DNA from: Octopus sinensis | Lineage: Eukaryota | Assembly (NCBI RefSeq): GCF_006345805.1 | Contig: NC_043007.1 | Location: forward strand, 34,906,001-34,970,000 | DNA: 64,000 bases | Direction of reading: 5' to 3' | Shown: positions 50,561 to 62,668 of the stretch, one piece after another | Layout: the number at the start of each line of letters is the position of its first letter | How positions within the stretch are numbered: position 1 is the first letter of the stretch | The notes under the pieces: model-generated | What the model was told of the DNA's origin: nothing | Database searches by the model: none | The model's input: the letters and a program-made list of their open reading frames with translations, nothing else | Program-made: the position numbers and the translations under genes

Positions 50561-50575
50561 TATATATTATAATAT

Positions 50576-50614
<39 letters not shown>

Positions 50615-50617
<3 letters not shown>

Positions 50618-50945
50618 CGCATGGCTCAGTGGTTAGAGCGTCGAGCTTACGATCGTGAGGTTGTGAGCTCGAATCCCGGGCTGCGTGTTGTGTTCTTGAG
50701 CAAGACATTTTATTTCACGTTGCTCCAGTTCACTCAGCTGTAGAAAGAGTTGCGCGTCACAGGTGCCAAGCTGTATCGACCTTTGTCTTTCCCTTGGATA
50801 CACTGGTGGCGTGGGAGGGGAGGCCGGTATGCATGGCGACACTGGTCTTCCATAAAAAAAACCTTGCCCAGACTTGTGCCTCAGAGGGTAACTCTCTAGG
50901 TGCAAACCCATGGTCACTCATGACCGAAGGGGGTCTTTACCCTTA
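50615..50945 (+). mobile_element. Family C SINE
   Basis: ggcgcatggctcagtggttagagcgtcg...gagctcgaatccc...gtgttcttgagcaagac. Confidence 0.88.
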
Positions 50946-51242
50946 TATATATATCTAGCGACGTACGTACACTTTGTTCTCCTACATATACACATACACA
51001 CACACACGTGAATGCATATCCGTGCATACATAAGCACATATTCTTAAACGAGTATGTACATACTTGTACAAGTATATGTGTATACGTGTTTATGGGGTGA
51101 AACTGTTTGCACATGCGCACCAAATATGAATAAAATGTTCTACCATTAACAACTTAGAGTCCACACTCTCGATTGTTGACTGCGTGTGTATATATTCACA
51201 AACATACATGCACGCATGCACACATAAATACATACATAGATG

Positions 51243-51289
<47 letters not shown>

Positions 51290-51290
<1 letters not shown>

Positions 51291-51642
51291 CTAGCAGTAT
51301 CGCCCGGCGTTGCTCGGGTTTGTTTCGACCCTTTAGAATTAGAATTTTTGAAAAGTGAAAAGTTTGCATTATGTAGCTTGTTATTCTCTTTAATTGGCGA
51401 CACAGCAGTTAAAAAATCGTAAAAAATTAGGATTTTCATAGAAAAAAAGCACCTTTTTGATGTAAATAATTTTTGGTGCTAACATGGTCCGATTAGAATT
51501 TTTTCTACGAAAGGAAGAGCAAGCCTTCTTCTATCATACTCTCAATTTTGGTCAACTTGCGCCGCAGGGTCTCGGAGAAGATGGTGTTAGTTGAAGGCTA
51601 CCAAACCTGCCATACACAGACAACTTCAGCTTTATATATATA
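51290..51642 (+). mobile_element. Non-autonomous Helitron-like element, copy 2
   Basis: actagcagtatcgcccggcgttgctcggg ... cagctttatatatatag; homologous to 20902-21292. Confidence 0.68.
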
Positions 51643-52444
51643 GATAGATAGATTTGTGTGTGTGCTTAGATATACGTATAACTATGCAGCTATACCTTCA
51701 CGTACACACACGTACACACACACCTACATACACATGCATACACACACACACACACAAACATGCACGGACACACCCAGACATACACACATACACCTATATA
51801 CACACGCCCACACACCTACATACACACACATATACACACGCCCACACACCTACATACACACACATACATACACACACATACACGGACACACCCATACATA
51901 CTTACATACACCTATACACACACGCCTACACACCTACATACACACACATGCATACACACACACACACATGTACGCACATACACACACATACACATATATA
52001 CCCACACACATGCACACACACACACACATACGCACATACTCGCATGCATCCCTACCCACATACATACAGGTAAAAATTTCAGAATAATAATAATTAGAGC
52101 GAGAAACAAATAAACATCTAACAAAAAAAAACAAAACCATTTAATGACTCTAGATAAACAGGTTATGAAACAGATGAAAATAACAGGAGCGTAACTATCA
52201 GAATAGAATAACAGAAATTGCGCAAATACTGGTCTACATCTAGATAAACAGGAAAACTTCAAAACAACGCACAAACTCAATGACAAAACAACGAATGTGA
52301 TACACGAAAACGTAGCAAAATCAACGAACTAACAAATGAAACCATGACACCCATAGACAACCGCCCTAAAGAACAAACATATTTACAGAAAACTATATTG
52401 GAAGAGATAACTAATGCGGTATATGTATATATGTATGCATGATA

Positions 52445-52715
52445 GATCGCTAGCTCCTACACGCATTTTTTCTCTCCTTTTTTCTCTCCTTTTTTTCTCT
52501 CTTTTATTTCTCTCTCCCTTTTTTCTCTCTTTTTTCTCTCTCTCCTTGTTTTTTTCTCTTCTTGTTTCTTTTCTGTGTATCTTTCTGTCGAAGAGCATAG
52601 GCTCGAAACGTAAAGACTTGTTCTATTTCTATTCCTGACCGCCATTCTAATACATTTGTTTGTTTGTACACCACCTGCCTTCGTCTTTTGTTTATTTTTG
52701 TAAACCTTCCCGTTA
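52445..52715 (+). mobile_element. Family X hammerhead element
   Basis: gatcgctagctcctacac...pyrimidine tract...hammerhead...gtaaaccttcccgtt then (TA)n. Confidence 0.8.
52581..52615 (+). ncRNA. Hammerhead motif, U6 variant (family X)
   Basis: CTTT / CTGTCGA / A GAGC-ATAG-GCTC / GAAA / CGT A / AAG. Confidence 0.65.
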
Positions 52716-52731
52716 TATATATATATATATA

Positions 52732-52779
<48 letters not shown>

Positions 52780-52780
52780 G

Positions 52781-52850
<70 letters not shown>

Positions 52851-52879
52851 CACACACATATATACACACACACATGAAT

Positions 52880-53090
52880 ATAACTTGTTCTAGTCATATG
52901 ACTGCGACCAGGGACTGAGGGACTGCCTTAAAGTGTTTTATCGGAAGAAATCAGCCCCAGGACATTTTTAGAGCCTAGTACTTATTCTATCGGTCTCTTT
53001 CGCGAAACCGCTAGGTTTCGGAGGCGTAAACACACCAGCATCGGCTGTCAAGTGATGTTGGTGGGGGGACAAACACAGACACACAAATAT

Positions 53091-53177
<87 letters not shown>

Positions 53178-53370
53178 ACCACACACACACATATATATGT
53201 ATATATATATATAAAAGTTGTGGCGAAAGAGTACAACAAGGGTCGCCACTACCCCCTGTCAGAGCTTCGTGGAGCTTTTAGGTGTTTTCGCTCAATAAAC
53301 ACACACAACGCCCGGTCTGGGAATTGAAACCGCGAGTCTGCTGCCCTAACCACTGGGCCATTGCGCCTCC
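52880..53370 (-). mobile_element. Family A 3' domain (52880-53080) and family G SINE (53213-53370)
   Basis: Reverse-complement matches to the 43740-43940 and 40600-40778 sequences. Confidence 0.8.
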
Positions 53371-53607
53371 ACCTGTAGGTACATACTTGCATAGATCTTC
53401 ACTGTTGTATGACTCAGAAGTCCTTAAATATTTTACAAGTTTCAGTTAACATATAGTTTAAGGGTTTTAAAAAGTGAAAAAAAATTCAACGGTAGTGCTA
53501 CGTATACCGTATAAAAGTTGGTCGATTATGCGAATAGTATAGATCCTTACTTAAAAGTGTATCATTCGGTAAAACAAAATCTGTGATAGCTTGTAGTCAG
53601 ATGTCCA

Positions 53608-53638
<31 letters not shown>

Positions 53639-54066
53639 TGTATGTATATGCGTGTCTATGTATGTGTATGCGTGTGTGCGTGTGTGGATGTATGCGGAAA
53701 TTTATATATCATTTTGTCTAAATAAAGAATTCCCTGAAATAGTAGGAGGTTTATATAGGGATGATAAGCTTTTTACGATTGTAAAAACAAAGAAATTTTT
53801 TTAATTCTTTAGAAATATAGGACTATCTATAACGATAGAAGATGAATATAACTCTGTTAATTTCTTATGAATCCTTTCATAAACCTAATGAAAGCCTAAA
53901 ATATATAAATACTGGAAGTAATCACCCCAAATCGGTAACAAACTCACTAATAGAGAACATTTCGACAAGATCAACTAACTTATCAGCCAAAGAGAATATT
54001 TTCAAACAAAATGAAAACTACTATAACGTAGCACTTAGGAAAGCGAGATATAAAAATAAAATAAAG

Positions 54067-54768
54067 GGATCTTTACCTTTTGACCGACAGATTTAAAAAA
54101 TTATTTTTTGTAACTAAACACTTTCAAACTTCGGACACTTGTAGAATGTGTCATATAAAATATCTTTTATTTTTAGAGCTTTTGAGAAAAGCTTATATTT
54201 ACAATGTTATTTCACGTTAAAGTTGTATTTCGGTAATTTCAACCAATCAGTGACGTGTATTCAGCTGAATAAAATTACTGCTGTTGTTTGTCATCAAAAA
54301 CTTCGGGTGGTGTATATTTCGTTTGTCACTGTTATTTATGACAACCCTAATCCTAACCCTAAAACCCTAGCCCTAACCCTAACCCTAACCCTAAAACCCT
54401 AGCCCTAACCCTAACCCTAACCCTAAAACCCTAGCCCTAACCCTAACCCTAAAATATTAAAGCTAAAACCAATACAAACGCACCAACGATGTCATAAATA
54501 ACAGTGACAAACGGAAGATACACCGCCAATAGGTGTTGTTGACAAACAACGGCAGTGATTTTATTCAGTTGAATACATGTCATTGATTGGTTGAAATTAC
54601 CGAAATACGACAATTTTAACGTAAAATAACTTCGTAAATATAAGTTTTTCTCAAAAATGCTAAGAGTAAAAGATGTTTTATATGACATATTCTACTAGTG
54701 TCCGAAGTTTGAAAGTGTTTAGTTACAAAAAGTAATTTTTATATCAGTCGATCAAATTGTAAAGATCC
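54067..54768. mobile_element. 702-bp MITE with about 277-bp TIRs, 8-bp TSD and a central telomere-like array
   Basis: Termini GGATCTTTAC/GTAAAGATCC; TSD aaataaag at 54059-54066 and 54769-54776; arms 54067-54342 and 54491-54768. Confidence 0.93.
54343..54454 (+). repeat. (CCCTAA)n-like array with a 32-bp higher-order unit
   Basis: aaaaccctagccctaaccctaaccctaaccct starts at 54361 and 54393, with a shorter unit at 54425. Confidence 0.95.
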
Positions 54769-55662
54769 AAATAAAGTTTAATAAGTCGAATAATGAATCT
54801 GATTTAACAATAATTTTAATAACGGAAATCTAAAATTTAGTACTATAAGTAAAACTACTTATAAGAAAAATAATTATGGAAATCTAAAATCAAATAGTGA
54901 ATTTAATAAAATAACAAGAGTAGGCGATTTCAACAGAGAAAATAATCAGATGAACAATTACAAAAGTTCAAACAAAAGGAAAAATTACAAGATAATTGAT
55001 AACCGAGTTAAATATCTTCGTACTGCTAACAGAAATGAGGATATAGCATTCTCTAATAAAATCTCGAATTCTTTTAATATAAAAACAACTAAAAGATTTG
55101 AAGATAAAATAAACGCTAACTTTAGTATAGATCGAAATCAAGGAATACTTACTCCTTCGAAAAACTGGTTTAAACATCAAGATCATGATTTTAACTCGAA
55201 AAATACTTTTTGGTTAATTTTCGCATTTGGTAAACAAACAAATTATATTTTTTTACAAATTGTTCAATACAGCATTAGAAAATTTTTTTTCCGTATAAAT
55301 CATAGATATTATAGAATTTTTAACAAACATAAGATCTGCATGGTTTATTGTAACAGCAAAAATATTGCACAAATTATAGCAACACATAACGTAAAAGTAA
55401 TATCGAAATTTCAAAAAACTATTGTTATCAGAGTAGCATAGTAAATATTCAGAATAATAATGTGAAACGGAATAAATAAAAAAAAACTCAAATAGAAGAG
55501 AACGCTAAGAATTTAAAAGCTGCTGAAAGGGAAACAACCCAATTTAACATAGTTAATAACACAGAATCGAATAAAAATTCAGCTTGAAATAGAACAAAGA
55601 TAACGTTATCTGAAAGAGTAAATAGTAATAAAGAAGTTGGGGGAAAGGAATTTGATTTTACC

Positions 55663-56139
55663 ATGAATTATCAAATTAAAACTAATTGTGAGAGAAATTA
55701 TCTTTACGATTGTTCTAAATGGGAATCTTGTAATGTGAAAAATAAGTGTAAAACTAAAAATGTTATATATAGATGTAAAGTTACATCTGAGGGTAATGAA
55801 TACTCTCACATCGGTGCGACTTCACTAATTTTCAAGAGGAGACTGGCAAATCATTTGAGTTCATTTAGAGAAAAAAATAAAAGATCCCAAACAAGTCTTA
55901 GTAAATTAATCTGGTTTAATAAAGACAGAAACAAAGACTGTACCATCAATTGGAAATTAATTTATACTGCAAAGTCATACAGACCTGGAACTAAAAAATC
56001 TGACTTATGTTTAGAAGAATTTTACCAAATTTTTACATCTAAGGATAATATAATAAATTCTAGGCAGGAGCAAACTTTGAGATGCTTGCACATGAGAAAA
56101 TTCACATTTGCTCAGTATAAATTAGTAATAAACATTTAA
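55663..56139 (+). pseudogene. PLE GIY-YIG endonuclease domain (open frame, 158 aa)
   Basis: C...C..C..KNVIYRCKV...SHIGATSLIFKRRLANHLSSF...TSLSKLIW...INWKLI...SDLCLEE...INSRQEQTLRCLHMRKF. Confidence 0.85.
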
Positions 56140-56221
56140 CAACAGAATCTTTTGAACTAATGGACTATAAGTGATTATCCAATCAAAACTTGAATTGAGG
56201 ATAGTTCACGTCTAAATTACC

Positions 56222-56428
56222 GTGGGCATATGGCGTAGTGGTTCAGAGTAGTGCATAAGTAGTGGTTAAGAGTATATGGCGTAGTGGTTCGAAATTTCCC
56301 CAAGACACCTGAAGAAGGCTGGAGGATATATCAGCCGAAACTTTGTGTTAACAACAAACAAGATGAGGACATGTATCCGTCGAACGTAAATAATGTACAT
56401 AATTCCTCATCCATTAAATATAGAACTG
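56222..56428 (+). mobile_element. tRNA-headed hammerhead SINE, internally deleted
   Basis: gggcatatggcgtagtggtt (A box, locally repeated) joined to ggttcgaaatttcccc, hammerhead, and a tail shared with 12280-12570. Confidence 0.78.
56305..56348 (+). ncRNA. Type I hammerhead ribozyme motif in SINE
   Basis: ACAC / CTGAAGA / A GGCTG-gaggatatat-CAGCC / GAAA / CTT T / GTGT. Stems I and II perfect; stem III ACGT reads ACTT. Confidence 0.75.
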
Positions 56429-56549
56429 TGAAATTTTATGTTTAAAGTGAATGGGGAGCTGCTCACCGATGATGCCATAGGTGTTGCCAATTTGCATAAT
56501 CTACTAGAAAATGTGAATAAGTGTTGTTTCCTAATTTTTGTCTGATTTT

Positions 56550-56750
56550 GTACATTCCTAATTTAAAATGTTGGTGTTGATCTCGAAACATCGTAATCAA
56601 TATGGCGTTGTGTCGTACTGCGCCCTCCATGCATATATCAAGGGGTACGTGCAGTATCACTAATCTCAGTCTGAGCATAGGTACCTAAAGTTAGCTCCAT
56701 ATAGAGATGGTACTCAATTGATCTATGAGGATGAGGGATGTGGTGCTTAT
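56550..56750 (+). repeat. About 190-bp dispersed direct repeat, second copy at 58900-59090
   Basis: aaaatgtt.gtgttgatct.gaaacatcgtaatcaatatggcgttgtgtcgta...ctcagtctgagcataggtaccta. Confidence 0.85.
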
Positions 56751-57149
56751 GTGAGACCTGTGATGCTGTACTCACAGAGTGGCATACACTATTCTATGCC
56801 TGACTGGCTGTATTGTAGTAGTACACAGTATGTGGGTTTTCAAGGTGACCTCTGATTGGCTGTATGCAAATGAATTCATTACTGGGGTCCGGAACTCTCG
56901 TGGAAAAAAATTTCGCCACCCGGCCACTGAACGTGTCATTCCTAGTGAGTAAAACCTACAAGTACTGGATTAACGTTTTAACTAAGCAACAGTTAGTTAA
57001 CAGGGGCAGTTGTCTGTAACTGTTTGTTTGGTGGGGGCTCTCTGGAGAAGATGATAAGAGTAGAGTCTTTCAGTTTTAGTAAAGAAATAGCGGCAGAAAA
57101 AATAGATTAAAGGGGCAATCGGTAGTCCGTGAGTGAATTTGGTTTCTAT

Positions 57150-57960
57150 TTTTAGTCAAAATATCGGTTACCACACTAAAAAAAGTCTCTTATAAATTGG
57201 TTGGTGGAAAAGCAATAAAAACTAGCTTAGCTTCCTTCTGCAAAAAAGGAAATTTCATACTGCATTGAAACCATATTTTACACAAGCCTTATTATTCGTA
57301 ACACGTCTTCGATTCTTCGCTATTTTGGAAAACAATGCTGATTGCTTGCATTTATTTTTTTATGATACGCATACTTATGTTTTATTTATGGAATCAAGTA
57401 TCCTCAGTCATTAAATCTTGTCTCGAAATCTTCATTCAGTCGTTGCTGATGCCCACGGTAAGTTCTTATATCCTCATCTGTAAATAATTGTGAAATGCTT
57501 TCCATGCATGGTATTTGGCAGAATTCCCTTTTGTCAAGGTTTTGTTTATACCATTTAATTTTACTTGTAAAGCTACTGACTGCATTCTATATTCATACAT
57601 ATTAGAATATAATTGTTCCCTTGAAATTTCAAATTCAGTTTGCTCATCTTGTTAATATCAGCTAAGTAAGCTACATCTCTGCGATCAAAGTCAATGTCTT
57701 TTGTTAGTCGGTCATCATGATTTATAAGTGAAAAGTCAATAACAATATCACCAGGCAAGAAATGATTCAAACGAGACTCTTTTGACAGCTAAACGAACTT
57801 CAGTTTGAAACATCTTTCAAAGTTTCCTCTATTCTTATCACGTAATTGACAGAATAGCCTTACTTTAATTTTGTTAACATAAAGATTTACTGAAAGTCAG
57901 GCTTGAAGACAGCTCATCATTAAGTCTTTTAATGACAAGATGTTGACAATTAATTGCATT
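57150..57960 (-). mobile_element. hAT (Buster/Charlie-like) transposase remnant
   Basis: Minus-strand translation across frames gives CQHLVIKRL, RLFCQLRDKN, TEVRLAVK (degenerate TEVRWLSK), DVAYLADINKMSKLNLKFQG, DFETRFND. Confidence 0.7.
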
Positions 57961-57984
57961 GGGGACGGGAGATAGATCAGTTTC

Positions 57985-58225
57985 TTATTTCTTATTTCGT
58001 TACTGCCCACAAGGGACTACACACAGAGGGGACAAACAAGGACAGACAAATGGATTAAGTCGATTACATCGACTCCAGTGCGTAACTGGTACTTAATTTA
58101 TCGACCCCGAAAGGATGAAAGGCAAAGTCGACCTCGGCGGAATTTGAACCCAGAACGTAGCGGCAGACGAAATACTGCTAAGCGTTTCGTTCGGCGTGCT
58201 AACGTTTCTGCCAGCTCGCCGCCTT
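57985..58225 (-). mobile_element. Family B SINE with TSD
   Basis: Intact copy; tagatcagtttct duplicated on both flanks. Confidence 0.93.
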
Positions 58226-59966
58226 AGATCAGTTTCTGTCTTTTCCAGACCAACTTGGCGGCCTGTCATAGATGGTGTACCATTAGAAGTTCCTTATATC
58301 ATACAGCTGAATGGAACTATAGTTATTTTCAAGGGAAAGTTTTAAAACAGGTGCAGTACCAAATTCCTGGTATTCTTTGTTCCAGACCCGTGCTGTATTA
58401 TCTGTTTAACCGGATTAACAGAAACTACATAATAATAATTCAGAGTAAGCTCCTAGCAGATTACTGCCACGTTATAAATAAATGTATCGTTAATAAACCT
58501 TCACCGCACAACTCAATTTATTCCCTGAAAGCACGTTATTCACAAGAAACATTAGAAGTTTAATGTCTCATACTAACCTCTAAAACATTGGGCCCTACCA
58601 GGACCCTAAATTAAAACGTAACCGTAAAGTGCATATTACCTATACCTCTTTAATGCTGGGACACTATATTTTCTGCAGTGAATGTAAATTACAATGAGGA
58701 ATACAATTTTCGTTCAGTTAGATCTGACACTTGCTTTTGCCTAACTTTTGGTCTCTGAATCCAAAAATGATCCGGTTTTTCTGTATCACATTGACTTTTC
58801 GAGCTACAGGATACCCTCACTTTGTTTTAAAAACCATAAAAATGTGCTTATTTTATTGAATGTTTTAAAAGCTTACATTAAATGTAACTGACAAACCAGA
58901 AAATGTTTGTGTTGATCTGGAAACATCGTAATCAATATGGCGTTGTGTCGTATTGCGCCCTACTTGCATATGTCAATGGGTACATGCAATATCACCAATC
59001 TCAGTCTGAGCATAGGTACCTAATGTTAGCTCCACATATAGATGGTGCTCAATTGGTCTATAAGGATGGTGGGTGGGAGGATGCGGTGCTTGAAACAGTT
59101 ACCTTCAGCTGGAAATGCTTAACGAATTGCTTCATGAGACCCAGTTTCATGTGCAGGGGTAAGAATATAATTTTCTCTATGCTTATAAGTGGCTTATCTA
59201 GAATGTGAGAATCACCAGATTTAAGGTCAGATCTTAGAGACCAATTCCTCTACACCCAGATGCTTCTCTCGAGCCCTGCTGTCTCACATGCACAGAAATC
59301 AGAGATAATTGATGCATCCTCGTTACTGACCAAAAAGTACCATTTTAAGGTCAACACAGATGATCCAATTGCTTTTTATGATTGCTACAACCCAATGACT
59401 CTCTATATATCTCCGTATTATTAACGAATATGGAGACATAAAAACCTGGGTCTCAGACCTCACAGCAGAATCTCTCCACATTTCAAATTACCAGTTCATT
59501 CACTTCAAAGCCTTTCCATCTCTCTTCCGCTGCACAGATATGTTCTCTAGTCTCCTAACCTCAAATTCTCTGTATTACTGTGCTTGTCATTCCCATACCT
59601 AGACCACATTCATGTAATTTCATGCATCATAGCACCAAGTCAGCTTCTACCTCTATCTTCAATCAGCAAGCTGACTCTGAAGTGCTGAGGAACAGCTGAG
59701 GCATATAACTGGTCAATAACCGTGACTTATTCTTTGGAGGGAGATTTGAAACTGACCATGCGTTTCAACAATCAACCTAAAGTCACCAGATCAGAAAAAT
59801 GCTCACTCTTTATCAACAAAATAATAAAAGCAATCAGCTGAGCAGTCTTACAATGGATAAACAATACAACTGTGCTTATTCAGAGCATAAACTATTGAAG
59901 AAAAAAACTTGAGGTGATAGAAGAAAACTGACTGTAGTTTTGAAATCGGTATTCCAGTATTAGGAA

Positions 59967-60937
59967 GGCGGTGTGCTGGCAGAAACGTTAGCACGCCGGG
60001 TGAAATGCTCCGCAGTATTTCGTCTGCCGCTACGTATTGAGTTCAAATTCCGCCGAGGTCGAATTTGCCTTTCATCCGTTCGGGGTCGATTAAATAAGTA
60101 CCATTTACGTACTGGGGTCGATATAATCGACTTAATCCGTTTGTCCGTCCTTGTTCATCCTCTCTGTGTTCAGCCCCTTGTGTGTAGTAAAGAAATAGGT
60201 ATTTCGTCTGCCGTAACGTTCTGAGTTCAAATTCCGCCGAGGTCGACTTTGTCTTTCATCCTTTCGGGGTCGATATATTAAGGACCAGTTACGCACTGGG
60301 GTCGATATAATCGACTTAATCCGTTTGTCAATCCTTGTTTGTCCTCTCTGTGTTTAGCCCCTTGTGGGTAGTAAAGAAATAGGTATTTCGTCTGCTGCTA
60401 CGTTCTGAGTTCAAATTCCGCCGAGGTCGACTTTGCCTTTCATCCTTTTGGGGTCGATAAATTAAGTACCAGTTACGCACTGGAGGTCGATATAATCGAC
60501 TTAATCCGTTTGTCCGTCCTTGTTTGTCCTCTCTGTGTTTAGCCCCTTGTGGGTAGTAAAGAAATAGGTATTTCGTCTGCCGCTACGTTCCGAGTTCAAA
60601 TTCTGCCGAGGTCGACTTTGCCTTTCATCCTTTCGGGGTCGATAAATAAGTACCACTTACACACTGGGGTCGATATTATCGACTTAATCCGTTTGTCAAT
60701 CCTTGTTTGTCCTCTCTGTGTTTAGCCCCTTGTGGGTAGTAAAGAAATAGGTATTTCGTCTGCTGCTACGTTCCGAGTTCAAATTCTGCCGAGGTCGACT
60801 TTGCCTTTCATCCTTTCGGGGTCGATAAATAAGTACCACTTACACACTGGGGTCGATATAATCGACTTAATCCGTTTGTCAATCCTTGTTTGTCCTCTCT
60901 GTGTTTAGCCCCTTGTGGGTAGTAAAGAAATAGGTAT
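59967..60937 (+). mobile_element. Family B SINE pentamer (one head plus five about 183-bp bodies)
   Basis: Later bodies restart at ggtatttcgtctg at about 60199, 60383, 60567 and 60750; flanks ggtattccagtattag (59948-59963) and ggtatgccagtattag (60933-60948). Confidence 0.93.
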
Positions 60938-61589
60938 GCCAGTATTAGTCTTAATCAAGTGGAAAAACAAACTCAACAGAAAATAAATTGAAGATTGTTC
61001 CCCGGTGTTATCAAATAATTTGTTCTTCATAGAGAAATGGTCCTTAGTTTTTCAGCACGTAGTGTTCGGTTTAATTTTAAGCATTAGCGTCTTTATATTA
61101 TTACAGTCCGTTATATTATTACAGCAGAGAGAGTGCTTCCTCCTTAATGATATGTTTCAAGTGAATAAAGAAGTGAAGCCATGAAAGCTTGGTAGCGAAG
61201 AAGTTAATGATGGTCGCGAGAAATTTAAGTGAATTCACATCATTATGTACGGATTAAAGGACGCACCGGAAAATCGGTAGTGCATCTGTTCTTGAAAAAT
61301 TGTTGACCTTTTTGCATTAGGTTTCCATGATCTTCAGAAAAGGTTTTCTTCCCGTAAAGATCGAGGCTCGACTTCTGCCCATGCTTATTGAACCCGACTT
61401 CTAAAACAGCATTATAGTTGGTGGAATGCTCGTGCTCAAATGCTTGTTAAGCTCGGTTTCTCATCATGTTGTGCCAACAGCTGATGATGGAATTTTAAAT
61501 ATGTTTCTTTATCAGCAACACAGGGCTGAACACAGACGGGACAAATTACAAAGTAAATCTTTTCTTTTGGGGGAGAAAAGAGAGTGGAG

Positions 61590-62135
61590 TAGGTTTTCGA
61601 TCAAAAGGGATCGTAAAAAGGAAAAAAAAAACGATCAATAGGGATCGTGTATCACAGAAATGTCATGATGTAAAGTGTAAAGGGGGAAACAGATAAGGTT
61701 TATCCGTGTAAAGAAAAGCCTACGGAAAAGACCACGTTAACCTCGGTCAATAATGTCACATGTTAACACATTTATTTGCAAATAAGTAACTCTCTGTTTT
61801 AAATTTTTCCGAGTTCATAGGATTATGCTCAAAGTGGCTTCGTCATTCATACGTGCCATCCTTGCTACATTCACCCATCTTCTTTTGAAACATTCACTAG
61901 ACAAAACTTGCCTCTCTACTTTCACTTTCCTTTTCAAGTGATACTTGAAGAAGTTGATGAGAGATTGACCAGAGAGGAAAGTGTTTGTCTCTAATCCATT
62001 CAGACGCGTCCACCAGATATATTCTTTCGCCATAGCCACAAGGATGATGAAAATAGCTCTTCCTTCCCCGTTTGAAGGAAGGAGGCGTGACGATATTGAC
62101 GATAGACTCGGATGATAAACCGACTCGTCCCACAG
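61590..62135 (-). mobile_element. L1/Tx1-like LINE, ORF2 C-terminus plus 3' UTR
   Basis: LSPVGRVGLSSESIVNIV, frameshift, AIFIILVAMAKEYIWWTR...FFKYHLKRKVKVERQVLSSECFKRRWVNVARM*. Confidence 0.65.
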
Positions 62136-62344
62136 GTGACAGCGCAGACAATGGTATTCACAGCGGCGTCGCCCTTGTGTTTGCTCTCTCTTCCCCCAGC
62201 TCCAAGCCTCAACAGGCTCATACAGCAAACCCATAAGTATTACCCCGAGACAGACCACAGCCCCGCGTTGCTCTGGGTGGGCCATTCCCCCTCGTCTCCC
62301 TCCTCTGACACGCTGCTGAATACTTACCATTTTCGAAATAATAA

Positions 62345-62600
62345 ATTATCCTCTTTTGTTTCTTTTACTTGTTTCAGTCATTTGACTGCGGCCATGCTGG
62401 AGCACCGCCTTTAGTCGAGCAAATCTACCACAGGACTTCTTCTTCTTGTAAGCCTAGTACTTAGTCTATCGGTCTCTTTTGCCGAACCGCTAAGTTACGG
62501 GGACGTAAACACACCAGCATCGGTTGTCAAGCGATGTTGGAGGGGGAGGGGACAAACACAGGCACACAAACAATTACACACACATACATACATACATACA

Positions 62601-62668
<68 letters not shown>

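Larger units (their letters stand above)
53400..56200 (+). mobile_element. Decayed Penelope-like retroelement (RT plus C-terminal GIY-YIG), interrupted by a microsatellite and a MITE
   Basis: GGLYRDD; HKPNESLKYINTGSNHPKSV...NYYNVALRKARY; HRYYRIFNKH...KNIAQIIATHN; GIY-YIG ORF at 55663-56139. Confidence 0.9.

Noticed and set aside
48950-50572. 540-aa His/Thr-rich ORF, and the many YI/IY, HT, CV and poly-I/L/N ORFs in the track
   Set aside because: These are translations of (CA)n, (TA)n and (TTA)n tracts that lack stops by composition; no domain content.
54343-54454. True telomere or chromosome-fusion scar
   Set aside because: Short, single-orientation array enclosed by TIRs and a TSD.
59967-60937. 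CRISPR-like or tRNA-gene array
   Set aside because: Units are whole SINE bodies with no unique spacers; heads have A/B boxes but no complete cloverleaf.
61310-61342. Minus-strand CTGAAGA-TCATG-GAAAC
   Set aside because: Stem II is too short, with no NUH or stem III; probably chance.
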